A DNA stretch of 64,000 nt from the IMG/VR virus record IMGVR_UViG_3300009124_000001, one strand, 5' to 3'. Below are positions 28,301 through 38,175 of this stretch, in pieces. Origin of the DNA: a virus. The notes below the pieces were generated by a model, which was not told the origin of the DNA, made no database searches, and saw only the letters and a program-made list of their open reading frames with translations. The stretch's first letter is position 1, and every line of letters begins with the position of its first letter. Made by a program: the position numbers and the translations under genes.

Positions 28301-30206
28301 GATACCCGCCAGTGCCATTCCATATGTTAGCGTCTGCATAGTCTTCATCCCAACCAAAGAAACCAAACCTCTCCTGACTATCATAGTATCTAAACTCGAT
28401 ACCACGGTCAAGGTTGTCATCTAATGTAAGGGTATCCTCGCCACCAAGGGTGATAATCGGATCTTGGATAGTCGTTGTTACGCTGTTGACTGTTGTGGTG
28501 GTGCCATCAACTTGAAGGTCGCCACGGATACGCACAAGACCAGTAACGTCGTCGTCATCATTCGGATCCAGCACCATCGTAGAGTTGGTGGTGGACAGGA
28601 CGTTATCTTGGAAGTGATAATCTTCTACGTTGACTCTGCTGTTTACATCAGTAGCGTAGATAGTGATGTCATTATCTGCCGAGATGTCGAGCAGAGCCTG
28701 ACCAGTGCCAGCGTTGGTAGAAGCAATACTGAATACGCGATTGCTTGTAGAGTTTTGTGTGAGGAAAATGTCTAGGTTGCCATCACCATACTTATCAATG
28801 AGTTGATCGAGAGCGCCGTCAAGATCAATATTAGGATCAGAGAAGTACGAGCGTACGTTAACATCAAGTTCGCCAGCTCCGCTGTCCCCTGTATTATTAG
28901 CGCCAACAAGTAGATTGCCGCTCGTATCATTAACTTTGATATAGTTAAGATAATTGAATCCTCTGTATCCAGTGGTTCCAGTAAGTTCTTGATCAAGTTC
29001 AAAATCTTCTTTTGTATTTCCATCGGCAAAAGAGATTCTGTTGTTTTGAAGTTGGAGGTTATCAACACCTCTCTGTGCAATAGTAACGTGACCACCAGCA
29101 ATACCGCTGCCAGAGTCCCACTCAGTTACATCAAAGTCTTCCTGATCAAAAGATGCAAGACCTTTCTGAGGTGTCAGAGCAGATCCGAGATATCTCCAAG
29201 ATCCTGCATCAGAGGTGTCTGTATGTGTAGGTGCGCCGCCGCCAGCGTTAATAGGAAGGATAGCCTCATACAGGCGATCATCTGCATTTTTGACTTTATC
29301 ATAACGAGCGTAGGCAGTAGCGTTATCATATAGAGGTGACAGAGTACCTTCTCTTGCAGTAGAGATAGGTGCAGTAACTGCATAGGTCAGACGACCATAT
29401 CTGTCAACAGTAAACTCAGTTGTGTTAACTGTTTGGTGAATACTGCCAGACTCAGCAACTGAAACCTCAGGTTGATCCAGAGAGACCGATCCAGTGGGGT
29501 TGTAAGAACCAATAACGACAGGAGTGTCAGCGAGGTCAACCAGTGGGTTGCCAGTCTGACCGTTAGCATTAGAGGTAATAATACGACCAGGAGCACCAGT
29601 TACCTGGCGGGTTGCATATGTGCCAGTGCCAGTTCTGGTCAACATACCAATGGTAGTGATACCAGTGATAGCAGTCAGGTCAGAAGACAGTGGTTGAGCG
29701 TCCGCGATGCCATAGTCTGTCAGTGTACTTGGGTTGTCACCCGTCACAACACGACCACGAGAGTCAATTGTCAGTCGAGTATATACACCAACAGCATTTA
29801 GGTCATTCTCATCGTAGTGAGGTAGTCCAGGTTGGTAGTTCAGTTCTGCCGTGATGTTGATGTTGGCAGAACCGTCAAAGGATGCAGAACCCGACATGTC
29901 ACCCGTCAGGGTGAAGTTACGAGCGTTTGCGAGACGAGTTGCAGTAGCAGCGTTACCAATCAGTGTGGCATTGATAGCACCTGCCTCAAAGTTACCATCA
30001 GCATCTCTCTTGACAAGAGTGTTGGCGGTGTTCGATTCCGTTTCCAGTGGTCGCTCATATTTCAATGAGTTCCACGGAGTAACACCGTCTCCGATTTTCA
30101 GACGCGAGGTATCAAGTTCGATACCAAGTTCGCCTTGGGCAAGGACTGGGTTGACGTTTGCCCACTGCTGAGCACCGTCACGTCTTAACTGGATTCTATT
30201 TGCCAT
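22353..30206 (-). CDS. Long fibre / structural protein (2,617 aa) with an Mtd/hyaluronidase-type N-terminus
   Basis: MANRIQLRRD...NPVLAQGELGIELDT...KIGDGVTPWNSL; Gly/Thr/Asn-rich beta repeats; C-terminal EGTTNLYYT and VGLANVDNTSDANKP tail-fibre repeats. Confidence 0.85.
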   Translation of the reverse strand: MANRIQLRRDGAQQWANVNPVLAQGELGIELDTSRLKIGDGVTPWNSLKYERPLETESNTANTLVKRDADGNFEAGAINATLIGNAATATRLANARNFTLTGDMSGSASFDGSANINITAELNYQPGLPHYDENDLNAVGVYTRLTIDSRGRVVTGDNPSTLTDYGIADAQPLSSDLTAITGITTIGMLTRTGTGTYATRQVTGAPGRIITSNANGQTGNPLVDLADTPVVIGSYNPTGSVSLDQPEVSVAESGSIHQTVNTTEFTVDRYGRLTYAVTAPISTAREGTLSPLYDNATAYARYDKVKNADDRLYEAILPINAGGGAPTHTDTSDAGSWRYLGSALTPQKGLASFDQEDFDVTEWDSGSGIAGGHVTIAQRGVDNLQLQNNRISFADGNTKEDFELDQELTGTTGYRGFNYLNYIKVNDTSGNLLVGANNTGDSGAGELDVNVRSYFSDPNIDLDGALDQLIDKYGDGNLDIFLTQNSTSNRVFSIASTNAGTGQALLDISADNDITIYATDVNSRVNVEDYHFQDNVLSTTNSTMVLDPNDDDDVTGLVRIRGDLQVDGTTTTVNSVTTTIQDPIITLGGEDTLTLDDNLDRGIEFRYYDSQERFGFFGWDEDYADANIWNGTGGYRFLYNATNTNEVYAGTDAALIAGNLRLTTNTGSTSTTTGTLVVTGGVGISENVYVGGTVDIANDFDINSGEFTVTAANGNIYTQGDLQVDSNVTLGTDAADTVLVNSDTTFEDDVRIVGPNTVFSITDGTTERFVIDTDNGNIHSDGTLDVDSGVTFNSTLDVDAATTLNDILDVDGDSTFHNNITLDTTGKYFKITNGSVDKFTVLSTNGNTNIEGTLGVTGNVTLTNNLTVNGSQTTIGNSNTDILTVNADVTFTDNLTVNQPVDFDSTLNVDGAVDFNNTLTVDGTTTIFNDVLLRSGNKSFQIQGGSANTQFSVDYDNGNTVIGRSGLGTSSAGTLTVHGNALFETDVTINASQTTIGNANTDALTVNAVSTFTDNVTVNGDLEVDQNVIINQNLTVHGTTTTVNSTVVTLDDPIVTLGGDTAPVSNDGKDRGVEFRYYANSAARVGFYGWDESASRYAFYHNATNTSEVFNGTRSGIDAGSIKLFDATNATSSSTGALIVGGGASVGIDLYVGDDLVVADAGSFGGNVDITGTLDVTDDFAINTNKFTVDAQTGNTVIDGTFLVRGNSTIGNAGTDAHTVNGTVQFNHALTGAARANIRDLKIGTDAANEIGTLAGNLILDSTGGTVNVTDNLDVDLDLNVDGNTQIDGTLTVDGNATIGNAGTDAHTVTGTVQFNQALTVAERANIRDLKIGTDAANEIGTLAGNLILDSTGGKVHITDNAEIDGFLQVDGNTTLGDANTDTLTVNATSTFNAPITSTDITADSIKIGVDASNEISTTTGNLILDSAGGTVNVTDNLDVDVNLNVDGNAQIDGTLTVDGNVTLGNAGTDTHTVTGTVQFNNAMTATDVTIDNITIGVVANNVIDTTSGNLTLQSFGGTVYTDANHTVNQSLSVLGNTTLGNTGTDTHTITGNATFNNFVDMNSGADIDGISFNTRTISATGGSLVLDSSVNNVQVTANLGVSNNLTVSDSAVLGSSSADSLTVNAVSTFNAAITSTNLTADSIKIGVDSNNEISTTAGNLVLDSFTGETVIDDNLTISGTLDIDGTTIVTDSVFVRADNQQFAVQTGASVTVFSVDSDNGNTVISGTLNVNGASVIDDTLNVTGAVDLDSTLNVDGIQTISNVTNASTGNNFSASGALQVSGGVSIARDLAVGEDFKVYGDFEVDGNVVQKGNQEFRGRVEFSKSENPTSLTDDAPIMVTNGGMTVLEDVYIGETLFLGANNATTITIDGVTGNGTFGGTLGVTGVTTLTTTNATSVTTTGNIASGGNLSVGGSNFIVSSTNGNTTTAGTLEVTGATTLISTLNVQAATDLDSTLNVDGAATFNNTITQNSTSLFKDNFVLRGASKTLKLQNGSSQDRITLESTTGNITAAGLTTTNSLDVTTNTTIGGTLGVTGQITGNVTGDLTGTADKTDLVNITETATSNLNYFIPFVSVNTGYTEVRTDSQNLTYNPSTNTMTVNNFKSTTNFEVQGNLNVTGNVTYGQSQVGSIANHNTDALAEGTTNLYFTAERVDDRVAALISGGTGISATYDDVGNLLTLSAVQADLNTDNFTEGSTNLFTTAARTRTHFTYGTGIEHDGSGVLSVTQSDINTDNVTEGTTNIFFTNTRARSAFSVSGDLGYNASTGVFSVTLPTQASLNVDDIITLTGRANGSTHLAAFAGSTISDNNTIKGALGELEAAVETNASNLTSATGAGLDLSQKSTTDLSEGTNLYYTNERVDDRVAALISAGTGISATYNDAGNILSLSAVPADFDTDDITEGTTNLYYTNARADARIALQVGANLDLSQKSTTNLSEGTNLYYTDARADARIALAAPNYATASQGTLADSAVQPADNISTLTNDSNFIDASGAPVQSVAGKTGTVTLVKGDVGLANVDNTSDANKPVSTAQQTALDLKADLASPALTGTPTAPTAAQATNTTQVATTAFVQSNLTASLLRAALGISEYLTDVAAVAGGLSSGDMYFNTTSNTYVLVA
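22850..23820 (-). repeat. About seven TDxxxEGxTNL(Y/F)(Y/F)TxxR repeats in the fibre C-terminal region
   Basis: Repeated units visible in the translation, including two copies of ERVDDRVAALISxGTGISATY. Confidence 0.8.
25130..26600 (-). repeat. About six tandem ~75-89-aa repeats in the fibre
   Basis: Units with (K/T)IGxDxxNEIxTxxGNLILDSxGG; two copies of a 31-aa identical block 267 bp apart. Confidence 0.8.
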
Positions 30207-30248
30207 TGTTTATATGAACGCTAGCGGGGGCAAGGGTCTTCTCTTGTC

Positions 30249-30256
30249 TATTTATA
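30249..30256 (-). promoter_or_regulatory. Canonical T4 late promoter TATAAATA for the fibre gene
   Basis: Exact TATAAATA just after the terminator, 43 nt upstream of the ATG. Confidence 0.85.
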
Positions 30257-30260
30257 CCCA

Positions 30261-30290
30261 AAACAAAAGAGGACCCGAAGGTCCTCTTGC
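30261..30290 (-). terminator. Rho-independent terminator with C(UUCG)G tetraloop
   Basis: Minus strand AAGAGGAC-CTTCGG-GTCCTCTT-TTGTTTT. Confidence 0.9.
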
Positions 30291-30512
30291 TCATTCTTCG
30301 GTTGTTTCTTCTTCCTCAGTGGGTGCTTCTGGAAGATGGGGATTGAGGTATTCCAGGGTCTCAATAGCACCCAGGAGTTTCAGTCCTTGTTGCTCATTTT
30401 CGCGAATTTTTGCTTGCAGTTTGCGGGTCTCATCAGCGAGTGCTTGGTAGCGTTGTTTGAATCCTGCGAGCAGATCTTCGGGGGATTGAGTTTCGGTCAC
30501 ATCAGCGGGCAT
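30291..30512 (-). CDS. Small coiled-coil protein
   Basis: 73 aa; GGAG Shine-Dalgarno; LKLLGAIETLEYL helix. Confidence 0.75.
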   Translation of the reverse strand: MPADVTETQSPEDLLAGFKQRYQALADETRKLQAKIRENEQQGLKLLGAIETLEYLNPHLPEAPTEEEETTEE

Positions 30513-30763
30513 TAGTTCTTCTCCTTATTAACTAATTGTAAAAGTAGACTTTTAATGTCTGACACATCAGATTTTAGGTCATTCACTTGATTTTGTAAAT
30601 CATCGAATGCCTGCTTCTTCTTTTGTCTTTCATTGTAGGACTTCATGTATTTATCATACTCATCTCTGTCCCTAAGGAGGATGGCATTGGATTCAACGTC
30701 CCTAAAAAGACCTCTGTTTTCGTCCCCGACAACGGGGACGTATCTAGGTTTTCCATTCTTCAT
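30512..30763 (-). CDS. Small coiled-coil protein following the VrlC-like gene
   Basis: GLFRDVESNAIL...LKSDVSDIKSLLLQL; ATGA overlap. Confidence 0.8.
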   Translation of the reverse strand: MKNGKPRYVPVVGDENRGLFRDVESNAILLRDRDEYDKYMKSYNERQKKKQAFDDLQNQVNDLKSDVSDIKSLLLQLVNKEKN

Positions 30764-33700
30764 GATGCAAATGCAATGGCTCTCATATCTTTAATCAGTG
30801 GAACTTTCGCTTGGTTGGTAGACTTCATCACAATCTTGATCTGGAAGGCTTGGAACTCCTCACCTTCGACCACATATTCAAAGTCTTCCCACTCTTCCTC
30901 GCCTGCGTTAGTAGAACCAACCTCAGGAACAGGAACTCTCACGAAACCAATGTCAGTCATCTGCTTCTCGGATCCAGGTTTCTGGGTGCGATAGTAGACC
31001 TCAATATTGGAGTCGCCGTATCTCTGCATAGAGATCATCAAGCGGATCGATCTAGAAGTATTTGCAAGTCTAGCAACACGAGTGAGGTAGACAGCATCAT
31101 TCTGATCACCATAGGGCAGAGTGGAAACATCTGCATCGGGATTGATTTCAGATTGCAGACCCAGAACAGAAGCACCACCCGACCAACTATTGACTCTGTT
31201 GGAAGTTGTAATCACCGAGACTCTATCCAAGTCGATAACGGGCGACAGGTTATTAACTGTCGTGTTGACGTTAATCTTCATGGTCATCGACTTACTACCT
31301 TCCAGTTTGTTTGCTTCGTTCAATGCCGAGCAAATGATTCTGGGGTTGTCGAAATAGTTCTCTTCATTCAACTGAATGTCATCATACACACCATTGTTCA
31401 CGAACGATGCTTGGTCAACAATAGTGCTGCCATTACCGATCGATGTGCCAGATGTTGTGTTCAGGGTAGGCGAAACGCCTGTTTCCTTGAATTGCATGAT
31501 CTGGATGGTGGGTGTCAACAGTTCAAACGGAACGTTCTTAGTTGCTGTGACCTGATAACCACCACTTCTGATACCGACGCTAGCAACAGATTGTGTCACC
31601 AGAGCGTAAGAATCAAGTGTGGGATCTTGAATTTGAGTGTGAACCTTATTGATTTCCGTCAGAGGAATACCATCAAGGTTGTAGCATCTCACAATAGAAC
31701 CAGCAGGCCATTCTTGGGCAGCAGTGCCATCTGCTGCACGACCAGAGGGAGCAACAGTAATAGTCTGACCATCATCACTGATAGCAGAATATGCAATGAC
31801 TTCTCTGTTCAGTTCCTCAAACACACAGTTCCAGGCATCTGTGCCGCCATCTGTACCAGGCAGAGCGCCGATAGGACGCTGAACGCTGTCAGAAACTAAC
31901 ACAACATAACCAGGATTGGTTGTGCTCACTTCTCTACCGTTGATAACCTTATGGAACGAGACAGCGTTAGAGACGCTGATGCTAGTTGCTGTACTGGACA
32001 GTGTAGCGGTCAGTTCGGTATCGGGGATCTCGGAAGTAACATTAGAGACCTTGACATTGTTAGATCTGTTATGCATACCATGGTTAGGATGAATAACGAC
32101 GACCTTCTTGTCGGTAGTACGTGCAGAGGGACTTACTGCGGGATAGGCAGTGAACGAGTCACCACTATAAGTAGCAGATGTGATAGTGCCAGATACGCCG
32201 CCAGGTTCAGACAGAGTGTCATTAGCAACGTCAAACTGACTGTCAACATAGCTGGCAGTAATAGTAGACGTACCAGAATCATATGCAGTAACCACAGCAG
32301 TGGCACCAGAAGATGAACCAGTGATCACATCACCTGCTTCAAACACACCGTTGTTGACGGTAGACATTACAATAGTAACAAGAGATTGTGAAGACTTCAA
32401 TGCTTGGAATGGATCTCCATTACCATCAATGAAACCTTGCTGGAACGCACCGACAATAGACGTTACTGTCAGAGTCTGTGGGTTAGATGTGCTATCAAAC
32501 TCTTCGATAGTCGCCTCAGCATTGGAGGGTGTCTGAATGATACGAGCACCAACGGTGAAGTTGTATGTGTTACCAGTGGGTAGAGTGATGACCTGCTTGG
32601 GTTGAATAGTAACCAGAGGGTTGACAGTCAAAGAACTGATACCATCGTTACCAAGACCCAATTCAGCGTTGTTGAATGTTGCTGTACCGATTACATTATT
32701 ATCGAATACTGCACGATACAAGTTAAACTTCAAATCCTCATACTGGTCAGCGGTCCATGTAGATGCGTTCTGCGACTTGAACAGAACACCAGCATACGGT
32801 TGCTCAGAGATCGTTCTTGTACCAGTGATATCGATATCACCCATACGAGAGATCCAGACCTTGTATTCGTTGGAGTCGGAGAACAGCACGAAGCAATGTT
32901 CCTCAGACTCAGGAATGAATACAGGAGCAGGGAAGTTGAATCTGGTAGAGATAGATGCGTTATCAGAGACTTCAACCTCAGATGGCGTTAGAGTAACGTC
33001 AGAGAACGGAAGGATGTCCTTGGTCGGATATCCATTTTCCATTGGACGGATCTGCATAGAGATGGGGATCTTCTGGTCCTTTGTACCAAAGAAGATGTCC
33101 ACACCTGTCACAAATGTACCACCTTGCTCTTCCAGCAAGAAGGATTGTGCCAGAGGGTCCCACCAACCAACCTGTCTGGTGTTGGTACGAACTGTACGAA
33201 CAGTTCTTCTCTGATTGACGGTATCTCTAACAACTCTTGCATTACGAACAGCAAGAATGTTTTCTTGTAGAGTGTTGAGTGTACCTCTTGCTGTGTATTC
33301 TGCCTCAGCAGCAGAGTCAACAGCACCTGGCAGTCTGCTATCTTGCTCAGAAGAAGACAGACGGAACACTCTGGAACCAGTTGCCCAACGTGGGTTGGCA
33401 TCGTTAGATGGATTAGGAATCCAGAAGGCACCCTTAATGACACCGAGAAGGTCAGAAACAAGACGACGATCCTTAACAACGGCACGAGCACCAGATGTTC
33501 TACCAACCAAAACTTCACCAACTGCAAAGTTACCAAAGAAGTTGGGGTTCACAGTAGCAGAGAGAACTTCGGTATTGATGTTCAGGACGGCAGTCTGTGA
33601 TGCATAGGAGTCAGGCAGAACGTCGTTAGTAGGACTATATGGGTTGGTTGTCAAACCATCATTAGGTGCAGCGACACGGAATCTGCAACCAGATCTGAGA

Positions 33701-36700
33701 CCGAACACAGTCTCACCGATAACAAAGGGAGTTTCATTTGTTTGAGGATCTTCACCAGAGTTCTTGATGATCTCAATCAGTTTGGGGATAATATAGTTCT
33801 GTACGTTATCATTATCGAAGAACGCATACATGCGAGTCTTCGGCTTCACACGCTCCACGTCGAAACCGACGTTACGGGAGCGGATCCATGGGATAAATGT
33901 GCTATCGATGACACTATCACCCAAGGAGCGGCGGTCAATTCTAGGTACAACTCTAATACGAGTACCAGATCTCACCTGACGACGTGTCGTAACAGTGGTC
34001 TGAGATGCAAGAACACGACGAGGTACACCACGAGAGAACGAAGTCTCTCTCCATGTTCTACCATTAGTTCTTCTACTACCAGTCCAGGTAGTTCTCCATG
34101 CTCTCCACTGGATAGGTGCAAAACCTCTGTTGTTTGTACCAAATCTTTGACGAGTTGCTTGGAAGTTGCCTTCAATAGTTGTCACACGAGCAGGAACACG
34201 ACGTGTGTCAGTCCAGTCGTCAGAAGCAGGCAGCAGGTCAATACGTCCAATAAATGTAAACACGTTGAACGGGTTCACATTCTCCAAACGAGAAGCGTAT
34301 GGTTGAACAATAACAGCATTCTCTTCGTATGGGAGAGTCAGAATATTGGCACCTATCTTACCACCCAGTGCTGGATTTTCTCTCCAATACACCAAGTTAG
34401 AAGATTGTGATTGGTTATACAGTAGAGCAACGTTGGTTGTGTAGTGAGATGGTCTCAAAACACCCTCGGTGAAGTCAAGAGAACACTTGTAGTCGGAGGA
34501 ACTTAGGTCAGAAGAAGAGTGATCTGTGAAATCATCCACCAGGAATCCATTCTTCAATCTATCAAAACCGTCAGAATCAAGTGCCTTGACGTTTCTAGCG
34601 TCCGATTCCAGCAGTGACAGAGAAGTGTAGTATTCCAGAGACTGCAAGCGGCGGTCCATATTACCGATGTCTTCCATCGTGTAACGACGCTGCTGGTGCA
34701 GTGTAATCAGAATGTCATCCTCTACATCATAAACATATGGTTCATACTGGATCTTCGCCAACAGCATGGCATTGTCGATGTTATCTGCCTCTGGGGGATC
34801 CTCAGCAGGGACACCCATAGAGAGTTTCAGATCACCATCATGTGCCATGAACAGTTTGTCCTGTCTAGGCAGATAGTATTCGTAGTCACAGCGGAACTGC
34901 TCTTCCACCTTAGGAATATTGAAGATGGTAGAACCACCTGCACCACCAGTGGAGGTAAAGACACGAGATGTGAAGTCGAGGGACTTACAATTCACATAGT
35001 ATGGTTGCTCAACCGTGCCAGAACCAGAGGCAAGTTCACCAACAGCAGGACGGAAGTCAATAGTGTCAGTGACATATCTTGTATTACGATCACTACGATC
35101 TCTGGGAATATCAGAGAATCCGATACCAGTGTAGGACTGGTTAGCGAAGTAATCACCAGATGCCTCATGGATGAAGTAGTCAAATACAACTGCCAACTTA
35201 CGCTTGGGTTCAGAAGTGCCTGCCTGTCTCACCATTTTAGACACACTATAATAGAAAGGTGTCTTATTGCTGTCGAGGGCAAAGTTGGAAGTGATGTTCT
35301 TGGATCCTTCTTCCAGAGCATTCTCACCATCATCGACAACGGCGACCAGAGCGTTCAGATCATCATCGAAACCATCGACAGTTTCACCAGTTGTGAAGAA
35401 CTCAGTCGATACAGGAACAACATACAGTCTATTGTTATTAGCATTGAAAGACACAACACGCGCTCTGGCGTTAGAAGTGCGACCAACGATAACAGAACCA
35501 CTGTCGAAGAATACGTTCTCTGTCAGAGTGATGTATGGGACTTTTGCATCGTCATCGTCCTCAGACTCAAACACAGCGTGAAGTTTATATACATCATTCA
35601 GAGCGAATGAGATTTCTTCGTCTTCAATACGAGTGCCGTACAGGTTACCATAGGACAGACCATAGTTAGTAACGTCAGTTTGATTTCTGGTGCGAATGAC
35701 CTTCATGGTCCTCATCTTCGCAGCAGTCTTAATCTTCTTGGTAACTGTGTTCACGGATACAGCAGCAGTCAGAGTCACACGACTGATATCGTTGACAGTA
35801 CCACCAGAACCATTATTCAGACCAGTAATCAGAAGAGACTGACGGTTGGCACCAAATGACACACCAATAGTGGGGGTCTGTTTTTCAGACTCTGCCTCAA
35901 TATCAAGGTTTGTGCCAGGAGACCAACCATACCCAGTGTTGTCGTTAGAACCAACGTTAATTGTGAGGTTATAGTTCTCACCATCGAGAGTTGTGAACTG
36001 TTCGTTTTCGGGCAGCGTGAAGGTCACGTCACCAGAAGACAGCGGTTTGTTTGCAAATGTTTTGACGGAAATGAACGATTCGTCCGAAATGGACTTGATA
36101 GCAACCTTTGGCATATCGATTGCCAGTTCGCCATCACGGTTGACCTTCTCAGAGAAGATAGGACGAAGACGAGTGACCTGAGTTGCAGGATATTCGGCGT
36201 CAGTAACTGATCCCTTAGTTAGACCAGTGTCAATCGATGCTGTTTGAGAACCGAAGTCAAAGACTGGGGACAGACCACTAGACTTTCTATTGTTAGTAGT
36301 ATAGGCAATAGCAGTGGGGTCAATTCTTTCAATACGCAGAGAAGTTGAACCTTTGAAGTCAGTTGCTGTTGGGGAGATAACGTCGCCAGGGCGAAGATCA
36401 TCAGAGAATACTGTATCGAAACCAACAACATCCTGATCGCCTGCCTGATCCACAGTAACAGTCTTACCAACCAAAGAGATAGATTCTCTAAGAGCAAGAG
36501 ATGCAGTGAAGATTACAGTGGCATTTGTGCTGGATTCGTATCCAACGATGGAGCGAACATCCCCTCTATCATATGACCAGACTGCATTACAAACATCAAG
36601 GACTCTACCATCTCTCAGGATGACTTCACCTGTCTGGAAACGACCAGAGACTTGGTGGAGCATTGCATAGTCGCCAGCAGCAGAGTATACATAACCTCTT

Positions 36701-38172
36701 GCGCCAGAAGAACGACCAACAAGAAGTTCGCCATCAATGATGCTCTGAGAAGAAGCAAAGTTGATAGCAGTGAACATCTGAATATCGAACAGGAAGCAAT
36801 TATATCTGTTGCCATCCTTTTCGAGTTGCAGAACTCTTGCTTTACCAATGAGGTTGCCAGTGACAGACTGAGAAGGACCAGTACCCGACCAGTTGTCTCT
36901 CAGGTCAACAGTCTGATAACACTCAGATACGTTTTCACCAGAGATACGAGGCCAACCCCAAACATCATATACTTCAACGGCATTAGACAGATCAATAGGA
37001 ATGATCTGGTTCTGACGACCAACAAAGGTACGAGGTTTCGGTGTGTCTACAAATGTAGGTGCAAGGATTTGAGTTCTATATCCTTTTACATATGCTTTAC
37101 CAGGACCAACTTCCAGGGAAGCATACATTTCGGAAGCAACGTTGCCATCAGCAGATGTTGTACCAGGCTGATATACACCATTGTTAAAGTTATCGTCTAG
37201 GTGCTCTCTGGCACGGACATCAAAGGTATCGACAACATAGTCGCCATGTGTTTCAAACGTACGACGAGCGATCGACTTTTCGATCTCATTGTATTCCGTA
37301 CGGTCAACAAAGTTCTCAACAGACGAGTTCCTGATGCGAAGCAGTTCGATGAAGTTTTTGTCGGTGTCATCATCGATGGGTTTCTTAACAAGTTGAGTCT
37401 TGATTCTGAATCGGTGAGCACCAGGAGCCGAGTAATTGGATGCACCAATGGCGTTGTCTGTGAGAGACGGGTCATCCTCAGGTGTAATAATTGACTCGCT
37501 AATCTCGAATCCAACTCTGTAACTTGGGTTGTTCGTGTATTGATCAAGGATAATGTACTCGGAAGGAATATCAACGAAGTGACCTCTAATGAAGTAAACA
37601 CCTTCGCTGATGTATGCAGTAGAACCAATCTGTGCGGCGTCTACTGGCAGTAATTGTGCAAACGGAGAACCAGTCTCGATCAGGGTGTTACCGAAAGTAA
37701 TCTCCTGTTCAGCAACCAACTGTTCGTTGTTCTGGAATCTCTTAGTTGTGGTGGCAGATGTCGTATCCCCAGATTCGACATACTTAATATACAGTGTGAT
37801 ATAACCACGATCAGATTCTGTGGCAGGAATCGAGTAAAGGACCTTCGCTTTGATGCCCGTCGTTAGACCTTCAACGATCTTACCTGTCAGTTGATTTCTG
37901 TACGTTTCAACGTCAACCCCAAGGAATGCTTGTTGGATAAGGACGCATTCGACGTTCAGGTCATAACCGACCTGACCAGGAATGACCATCGCACCTTCCT
38001 TAAAGAGGTGCTGACCCATTGCTTCGATCTGATTTTGCAAGATCGACTGCATGGTCGTAAGTTCTCTTGCCTGAATCGGGAATCCAGGGCGAAAGAGAAC
38101 TCTGTAAAAGTTCTTGTCCTTATCGAAATCGTCGAAGTAAGGAGCAATATTGAGGTTGGTATTCTGGGGCAT
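30760..38172 (-). CDS. Large virion structural protein (VrlC/DUF4815-like, 2,470 aa)
   Basis: NLNIAPYFDDFD...YRVLFRPG.PIQARELTTMQSILQNQ, APGAHR, GKAYVKGY, RYTMEDIG, NGFLVDDF, DPLAQSF, LFKSQNASTW. Confidence 0.9.
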   Translation of the reverse strand: MPQNTNLNIAPYFDDFDKDKNFYRVLFRPGFPIQARELTTMQSILQNQIEAMGQHLFKEGAMVIPGQVGYDLNVECVLIQQAFLGVDVETYRNQLTGKIVEGLTTGIKAKVLYSIPATESDRGYITLYIKYVESGDTTSATTTKRFQNNEQLVAEQEITFGNTLIETGSPFAQLLPVDAAQIGSTAYISEGVYFIRGHFVDIPSEYIILDQYTNNPSYRVGFEISESIITPEDDPSLTDNAIGASNYSAPGAHRFRIKTQLVKKPIDDDTDKNFIELLRIRNSSVENFVDRTEYNEIEKSIARRTFETHGDYVVDTFDVRAREHLDDNFNNGVYQPGTTSADGNVASEMYASLEVGPGKAYVKGYRTQILAPTFVDTPKPRTFVGRQNQIIPIDLSNAVEVYDVWGWPRISGENVSECYQTVDLRDNWSGTGPSQSVTGNLIGKARVLQLEKDGNRYNCFLFDIQMFTAINFASSQSIIDGELLVGRSSGARGYVYSAAGDYAMLHQVSGRFQTGEVILRDGRVLDVCNAVWSYDRGDVRSIVGYESSTNATVIFTASLALRESISLVGKTVTVDQAGDQDVVGFDTVFSDDLRPGDVISPTATDFKGSTSLRIERIDPTAIAYTTNNRKSSGLSPVFDFGSQTASIDTGLTKGSVTDAEYPATQVTRLRPIFSEKVNRDGELAIDMPKVAIKSISDESFISVKTFANKPLSSGDVTFTLPENEQFTTLDGENYNLTINVGSNDNTGYGWSPGTNLDIEAESEKQTPTIGVSFGANRQSLLITGLNNGSGGTVNDISRVTLTAAVSVNTVTKKIKTAAKMRTMKVIRTRNQTDVTNYGLSYGNLYGTRIEDEEISFALNDVYKLHAVFESEDDDDAKVPYITLTENVFFDSGSVIVGRTSNARARVVSFNANNNRLYVVPVSTEFFTTGETVDGFDDDLNALVAVVDDGENALEEGSKNITSNFALDSNKTPFYYSVSKMVRQAGTSEPKRKLAVVFDYFIHEASGDYFANQSYTGIGFSDIPRDRSDRNTRYVTDTIDFRPAVGELASGSGTVEQPYYVNCKSLDFTSRVFTSTGGAGGSTIFNIPKVEEQFRCDYEYYLPRQDKLFMAHDGDLKLSMGVPAEDPPEADNIDNAMLLAKIQYEPYVYDVEDDILITLHQQRRYTMEDIGNMDRRLQSLEYYTSLSLLESDARNVKALDSDGFDRLKNGFLVDDFTDHSSSDLSSSDYKCSLDFTEGVLRPSHYTTNVALLYNQSQSSNLVYWRENPALGGKIGANILTLPYEENAVIVQPYASRLENVNPFNVFTFIGRIDLLPASDDWTDTRRVPARVTTIEGNFQATRQRFGTNNRGFAPIQWRAWRTTWTGSRRTNGRTWRETSFSRGVPRRVLASQTTVTTRRQVRSGTRIRVVPRIDRRSLGDSVIDSTFIPWIRSRNVGFDVERVKPKTRMYAFFDNDNVQNYIIPKLIEIIKNSGEDPQTNETPFVIGETVFGLRSGCRFRVAAPNDGLTTNPYSPTNDVLPDSYASQTAVLNINTEVLSATVNPNFFGNFAVGEVLVGRTSGARAVVKDRRLVSDLLGVIKGAFWIPNPSNDANPRWATGSRVFRLSSSEQDSRLPGAVDSAAEAEYTARGTLNTLQENILAVRNARVVRDTVNQRRTVRTVRTNTRQVGWWDPLAQSFLLEEQGGTFVTGVDIFFGTKDQKIPISMQIRPMENGYPTKDILPFSDVTLTPSEVEVSDNASISTRFNFPAPVFIPESEEHCFVLFSDSNEYKVWISRMGDIDITGTRTISEQPYAGVLFKSQNASTWTADQYEDLKFNLYRAVFDNNVIGTATFNNAELGLGNDGISSLTVNPLVTIQPKQVITLPTGNTYNFTVGARIIQTPSNAEATIEEFDSTSNPQTLTVTSIVGAFQQGFIDGNGDPFQALKSSQSLVTIVMSTVNNGVFEAGDVITGSSSGATAVVTAYDSGTSTITASYVDSQFDVANDTLSEPGGVSGTITSATYSGDSFTAYPAVSPSARTTDKKVVVIHPNHGMHNRSNNVKVSNVTSEIPDTELTATLSSTATSISVSNAVSFHKVINGREVSTTNPGYVVLVSDSVQRPIGALPGTDGGTDAWNCVFEELNREVIAYSAISDDGQTITVAPSGRAADGTAAQEWPAGSIVRCYNLDGIPLTEINKVHTQIQDPTLDSYALVTQSVASVGIRSGGYQVTATKNVPFELLTPTIQIMQFKETGVSPTLNTTSGTSIGNGSTIVDQASFVNNGVYDDIQLNEENYFDNPRIICSALNEANKLEGSKSMTMKINVNTTVNNLSPVIDLDRVSVITTSNRVNSWSGGASVLGLQSEINPDADVSTLPYGDQNDAVYLTRVARLANTSRSIRLMISMQRYGDSNIEVYYRTQKPGSEKQMTDIGFVRVPVPEVGSTNAGEEEWEDFEYVVEGEEFQAFQIKIVMKSTNQAKVPLIKDMRAIAFAS

Positions 38173-38175
38173 CTC

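Noticed and set aside
30050-30206. Mtd-like N-terminus suggesting a diversity-generating retroelement
   Set aside because: This N-terminal module is common in fibres; no reverse transcriptase and no TR/VR pair differing at adenines was seen in the window
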